The translations under genes and the position numbers were made by a program. The notes beneath the pieces are model-generated. The model made no database searches. It saw only the letters and a program-made list of their open reading frames with translations, and was not told the origin of the DNA. A stretch of 54,533 nt of DNA, filler included, from Sphacelaria rigidula (lineage: Eukaryota), in the NCBI GenBank assembly GCA_964200075.2. It is 4 parts of 4 records of this genome, joined end to end, with 100 filler letters (N's around TTAATTAATTAA, not from the genome) between each part and the next. Parts side by side here need not be neighbours in the genome. Positions count along the whole stretch, not along the records: positions 40,978 to 54,533 come from CAXNAA020002803.1; 3 more parts are not named here. The stretch is one strand, 5' to 3'. Shown piece by piece: positions 49,741 to 54,533 of this stretch. Each line of letters starts with the position of its first letter. Position 1 is the first letter of the stretch.

Positions 49741-50362
49741 ACATCCTGTATTGTTGAGGGTGTGTAAATCTCCTACAAGCTGGATCCAGCCAACAAGATA
49801 ACCTCGGTATCACGGCAGTGCGGTTGGTGCACGGAATATCCTCACAGTGGGAATAGCAGACGAGGGCACTGCGGCAGCGACAAAGCGAATACTGGTACTA
49901 GGCATCGCGTTATCAAACTCACATCAACACATCCAAAGACACACGCGCGCGCGCGAATCAGACATGTTCCAACCTTGTTCTAAGATTACCGAGAGCCCGC
50001 CTGCTTCCACACGCCCCGAAAAACTATTATAGACTTCACAGACGGAACACGAAAGTACATGGGTAAAAAACAAGACGCAACAACACGTACGAAAAGTATG
50101 CAAAAGCCAACCAAAAACCAAACCAAACCCAACCAAACGAACATGCTAGCCGAACAACCCCCCGGCCGGAACGAAGGAACTAGTAGGCGAGAATAAAAAA
50201 GGGGCGCAGCAAAAACCAAATCTAAACTCAACACCAACCAGATTCCACAGCTGAAGCAACGCAACCTCAAACACTGTAACTCCCCCTCCTCCCGCAACAA
50301 AACACACGCGCGAACACATGTTCTTGACGAGTTTCCGTTCGTAACTGTTCCCGTCTACTCAC

Positions 50363-53300
50363 CTGTGGTATATCTATCTTGTGATAGGGGGACGGATTCG
50401 TTGACGATCAGACAACGCGAGACGAGCATAACTTCATCAATCAACACACACAAACGCAGAATTTCGACGGGGGGGGGTGCCGCTTCCACAGAGCGTACTC
50501 ACCGAAGTCGGCCTCCCTCATGCGTGAGCCACTCCGCCGCTTCCACATCTTGCTTCAAAGCCGACACGGCGTCTGCCAGGATTTCAACCGCAGTGGGCCT
50601 CCCACCATCGCCTCCGACGGCGCCGGCACTACTGGTGCTCCGCCGGGGGTGCGGCGATGCTACCGGCAAACTTTGTTTTGCAGCCAGGAGTGCTAGCGTT
50701 GGCCGGCCGAATACAGCCTGGCATTTTTGTAGCGTGTTGCACAACGTGCGTGACGTAAGCATGGGGCGAACTCGACGCCTCGACTGTGCAACTTTGGTTT
50801 GTTTTTTGGGGCAGGAGAGCTTGAAGATAGACACCACGTTACAAACATTTGTAGAAGCATATATGAACCCAAAATCAAATGGCTAGTTCTTCGCAGCCCA
50901 AGGGCGAAGAAGATTAGGCGTGAGTACTTGATAAATTCAGCATATTACGAGAGCACCAAGGTAGCGGGAGCGCTCGTCCAGGTGCGCAACAGCAGATTAT
51001 CAGGCTGGTACTGTGCCCACTGAGAGATTGGTCGGTTCCTTTAAAACCACGGACACGACCCAAGGCCGGGGAGGGGTGATGAGTATCACGAAAATCAAGA
51101 AGAGAAAGTGCAGAGACGTCGCCTGGATGCATCAAATGCCAGCGTTTAGCGTTGGCCGGTCGAATGCGATCTTGCGATCTTATGCGTGTTGGGATGGCAC
51201 TGGTACGTGGAGAGCGAAATAGGTATACATTCAGCACACGGTTCAGGGTGTGATGTCGGGGGGTATAATATTACTGTTCCGACAACGACCGTCGCCATCA
51301 CCTCACCTCGTTTAGCCAATGAGTCATAAAAAAAAACGTCTAGAACCGGTCGCCCTGGTGGCTCAGTCGGTAACCTCGAAAACTTCTGATGGTTGGGTCG
51401 TGGGTTCGGACCTCGGAGCAATCTGGGATTTTTCCTCACACAATGCCGATCAGTGGAGAGCGGCTATGTCGTGGGTATACAAAAACGACTTCGAAATCGA
51501 CGAGGGAAAGGGACTACTGAACTTCTCTCGCGATAAAAAAGACAAGCACCGCGGAAGGAAAGTGGAGAACTGAAAAAAAAAATCATGTGTTGGCCTTTCT
51601 CCTGCGTGACCGGAAGGTGTAGACCGACGTCCAGAATAAATGGAATGACAACACACACAACGCATACAATAACTCCTATAACAGTTTTCCAGCCCCAGCT
51701 TGTTGACCAAAATTGCTGTGAACACATATACTGCCGACAATTGTGCCGTTGAAACAATCTCGTGGAGAGCTTTCATCACCCGAGTCTCACGTGCCACCGG
51801 AGCGCAGTATTTTCCCTCGGTAAAATTGACTTTGAGCGGATCATCACACGGATATGTTGTGCTCCAACACCTCCGATTGTCAGGAAATCTTCGAAAATGT
51901 AAGGAATCATCGGCACGTATACAAGACAGCATATATCGTCCCAGGCCTCAAGTAACGAGGAGGGTCCTTGGCGGCATGAGTTTCAGGGTTCAACATGGAT
52001 GTCGTAATCCTCACTCCTTAGGAGATAGGAAGAGAGGAGCAGAGGGGGGGGGGGGCGTACTCATTCGTTGCTTGCCTTAGTCGTTTGACCATTGACCACG
52101 CATCCCTTTCGAGACGGAGCAGCCTTCCCACTTCTAATGGAACCACCTTCAACATTCCGGCGCTCATTACGTTTCTTCCATACTTTACACAAAATCTTTT
52201 CCATATCTTATCCCCGACCTGTTTCGCCGTCTCTGGCCACCAGCTATCTCCTAGTGTAGCCATCGTTCTCTCCCTACTGTCTAATGCATCGAGCGATTTC
52301 ATGCCACCTTCGTTCACGTCCCGCATTTCCCCTCCAACGCATCCCGTTTCTCCTTGTATAGTTCACATTCTACCACTATTTGACTTCTGCTTTATATTCC
52401 CTTGCAACAGAGGCAGATCTGCCCTTCTACTTCCTCCTCCTTTCGACTCTGGTACATCTCTTTCTTCTTTCTGGGGCGGGGGGGACGGTCGGAGGCAGAG
52501 GGACAGGACGGCAGAGAGGAGCAGATTCTCTCTTTTACTGCTTCTCACGCGACACAGTTGAGAGCCTTTGCTTTGGGAGAATTGACCAGCAACCAAGCAT
52601 GCACTCTGTGGATACCACACTCGATATGGCTGTCGCGCTGAACTGACCGAAGCTGTTTACAAGCTATATTCGCTCAGCGTCACTCATCCGTTTGGCCGTG
52701 AAGCAGTGTGTTTGAGCCCATGGATGTCAACGCGGCACTTTTGTGTATATCATTTGTATGCGCTTGCTCGTGCAGTAAAGATCCTGATTCTTGTCGCGAG
52801 CGAAGGTTTGAGATCGAGTAGTACTTATGTTGATAAATCTCGTGTTTTTTCAGCGAGGTCGGATTTTCTGCCCCCAATAAACAGGGGGTGCCACCTTATC
52901 ACCTTTTATTGAGACCCATCAAACCAACTGCGGGGTAAAAGGGTGGTGGGGACCAGCCGAGTGCGTATGAAATACTCGCTAAATAAATTCTTATCTGGGG
53001 TGATGTTATACTCAGCTATACCGTCTGCAGAAAGCTCTGGGGAATATTTCGGATCATACCTCTGACTTGCTGTGACCTTCAGAAATGATTCGAATATTCG
53101 GCAATCTATACATGGATACGGGTGTCGGACAGCCAAACCCACCATTCGACAAGGACAGAAAAGGAAGATTGCGCCTCGAGCTGTGCCAAACCAATCTGAT
53201 TTTCCGGCACCAAGCTGAAGCAGGGTAACGCCCTTCGGTTTCAAGCACCAAACGTCGTCATGTCGCGATCAACACCAATTGTCACAGTACGGAACGACGA

Positions 53301-54339
53301 CGTCAACTTGGGTTACGCTCTAGGCTATTCAAAAGAAGTGGTTCTGCATACCGAACAGCAGATTTTGGTTCTCAAACTTCAAGCGCGGACAACGCATATG
53401 GGGTGCCCATTTACACCCAATCGCCCCCAGCCCAACCCGTATCCGTTAAACGCAAGATGGACATCGTCAGACAGCAGGAATTCTCAGCTCTTCCAAGAGT
53501 TGCAGCCACACCTTCGTTAGAACCCCGGCCCACAGAGAAATAAAAGGCGGTGGACTCATGAGGAGTGAATTTTGTCCTGCTTATTATGTACCAATGTAGT
53601 CAAAAGGACATCGCAAAGCCGAAACTGGCGCCCTACACCCGACGTCTGGAAACCCTTCATATACGCTACTCGAGTCGCGCGGGTGCCCGATATATCCAAT
53701 CCTTGAGTGCGACTTTGCCACATCAGTTCTAGCACCAAATTTACAGATGTGCCCCGAGCTCTCGCGTGCACTCTTGTTCACCCAGCGATCCCTCCCTTCA
53801 CAGTCGCAAGGCATCAAGTTCATTGCGGTGACGTGAATGCCGCCCTTGTTCCCCATGGCACCGCGTGTCGACCTGAGCTCGTTTGGCCCTCAAGTGTCGA
53901 CATGTTTTTCTTGCCTCTTCTCTTCGTCAAACAAGCGGTTTCGAAGAAAAACAAATTCTAGGGTGTTTTTTCACCACGTGAACAACAAATCTTGGGACAG
54001 AGTAGGACTCGAGATCGGCAAGTATGCACAATAGGGCGCGCTCATCGGATGTACAACGGGTGATCCCACTCAACAACGCGAGCTACTGTTAGGCGAGCGG
54101 GGGCGGTGTGCTTGCACTGGGCTGGTGTCTTGAACCGGGTCTTATTGAGTTATAGACATTGGTATGATGGGGCTTCAGCTCTGGGGCAGGAACTTACTGT
54201 GCACTATGTGGGGCATGTGCCTCACATGGGCGTGGGCTGACTGTACCCGCACCTCTAGGTCTGCCTGGTTGCACCTAGCGATGCCCGCCTCCAACGCGGA
54301 AAGAAGAGGCCGAAATGCTTGCTCCAGTTCGGGGAAGCC
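50363..54339 (-). CDS. Internal exons of an incomplete multi-exon gene of unknown function (candidates 54339-54253, 52605-52549, 50717-50503, microexon 50373-50363)
   Basis: Each segment is bounded by YAG| and |GT signals with compatible phases: GFPELEQAFRPLLSALEAGIARCNQADLE / SACLVAGQFSQSKGSQLCR / AVFGRPTL..THEGGRLR. Confidence 0.45.
51346..51668 (+). mobile_element. Full-length tRNA-derived SINE
   Basis: A-box TGGCTCAGTCGG, B-box GGTTCGGACC, shared body and ACAACACACACAAC tail. Confidence 0.9.
52044..52478 (-). mobile_element. 5'-truncated LINE 3' fragment with a poly(C) tail
   Basis: Frameshifted C-terminal ORF with a degenerate Cys/His-type region (..ECELYKEK..MRDVNEGGMKSLDALDSRE..LGDSWWPE..). 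Its end is shared with positions 19-91, and it has C12 at the 3' end. Confidence 0.7.
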
Positions 54340-54533
54340 CTGATGTTGGCATGAAAACAAAAACAGAAACGATTTATCAGACGACGGCAACATGACGTGC
54401 AACCCACCGGAGCACCGCCTATATTCAAGTGTCGACACAATAAAGCTCGCCCCTGACAAAGTTTCAAGGGTCGGACAAACATTGATTCGTCTGGAAATTA
54501 CTTGGTTTTAGTATGATGAGTCGACTCGTGACG

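Larger units (their letters stand above)
51130..53700 (-). pseudogene. Possible degenerate HECT E3 ligase domain remnant interrupted by a SINE and a LINE
   Basis: Motif-like fragments in HECT order: AGVLTKVWLQLLEEL (~53490-53530), RMVGLAVRH..ESFLK..YDP (~53050-53150), NITPDKN..EYF, RVMKALHEIVS (~51750-51790), YPPTSH (~51250-51268). Confidence 0.35.

Overview
Eukaryotic, repeat-rich genomic DNA, most consistent with a brown alga (Phaeophyceae). This is inferred from the EsV-1-7 repeat protein, the SINE/LINE family motifs and the intron style. The window is not one locus. It is four contigs of 13,561, 13,559, 13,557 and 13,556 bp, in descending size order, joined by artificial 100-bp N44-TTAATTAATTAA-N44 spacers, so neighbourhood across the spacers means nothing. 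Contig 1 (1-13561) is a transposon graveyard. It holds a degenerate Ty1/Copia pol with two internal tandem arrays and a nested TIR element with a 2-bp TSD, a deleted mariner, a MULE-like remnant, a Stowaway-like MITE, hairpin elements and a SINE. Contig 2 (13662-27220) holds an intronless ORF with about 14-16 EsV-1-7 (C3H) repeats, flanked by an old ~0.7-kb direct duplication, plus a decayed RTE LINE. Contig 3 (27321-40877) holds a ~24-repeat PPR gene with three repeat-length classes (33/35/36 aa) in recurring order and a 1-bp frameshift. Contig 4 (40978-54533) holds a 3-exon hypothetical gene with a probable GC-AG intron, exons of a second gene, degenerate Pol-kappa-like and HECT-like remnants, SINEs, a MITE and a LINE 3' end. 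The best candidates for new biology are the two modular tandem-repeat proteins (EsV-1-7 array with hypervariable positions; PLS-like triplet PPR) and the hairpin-ended composite TIR element. All family calls come from motif recognition by eye; no searches were run.
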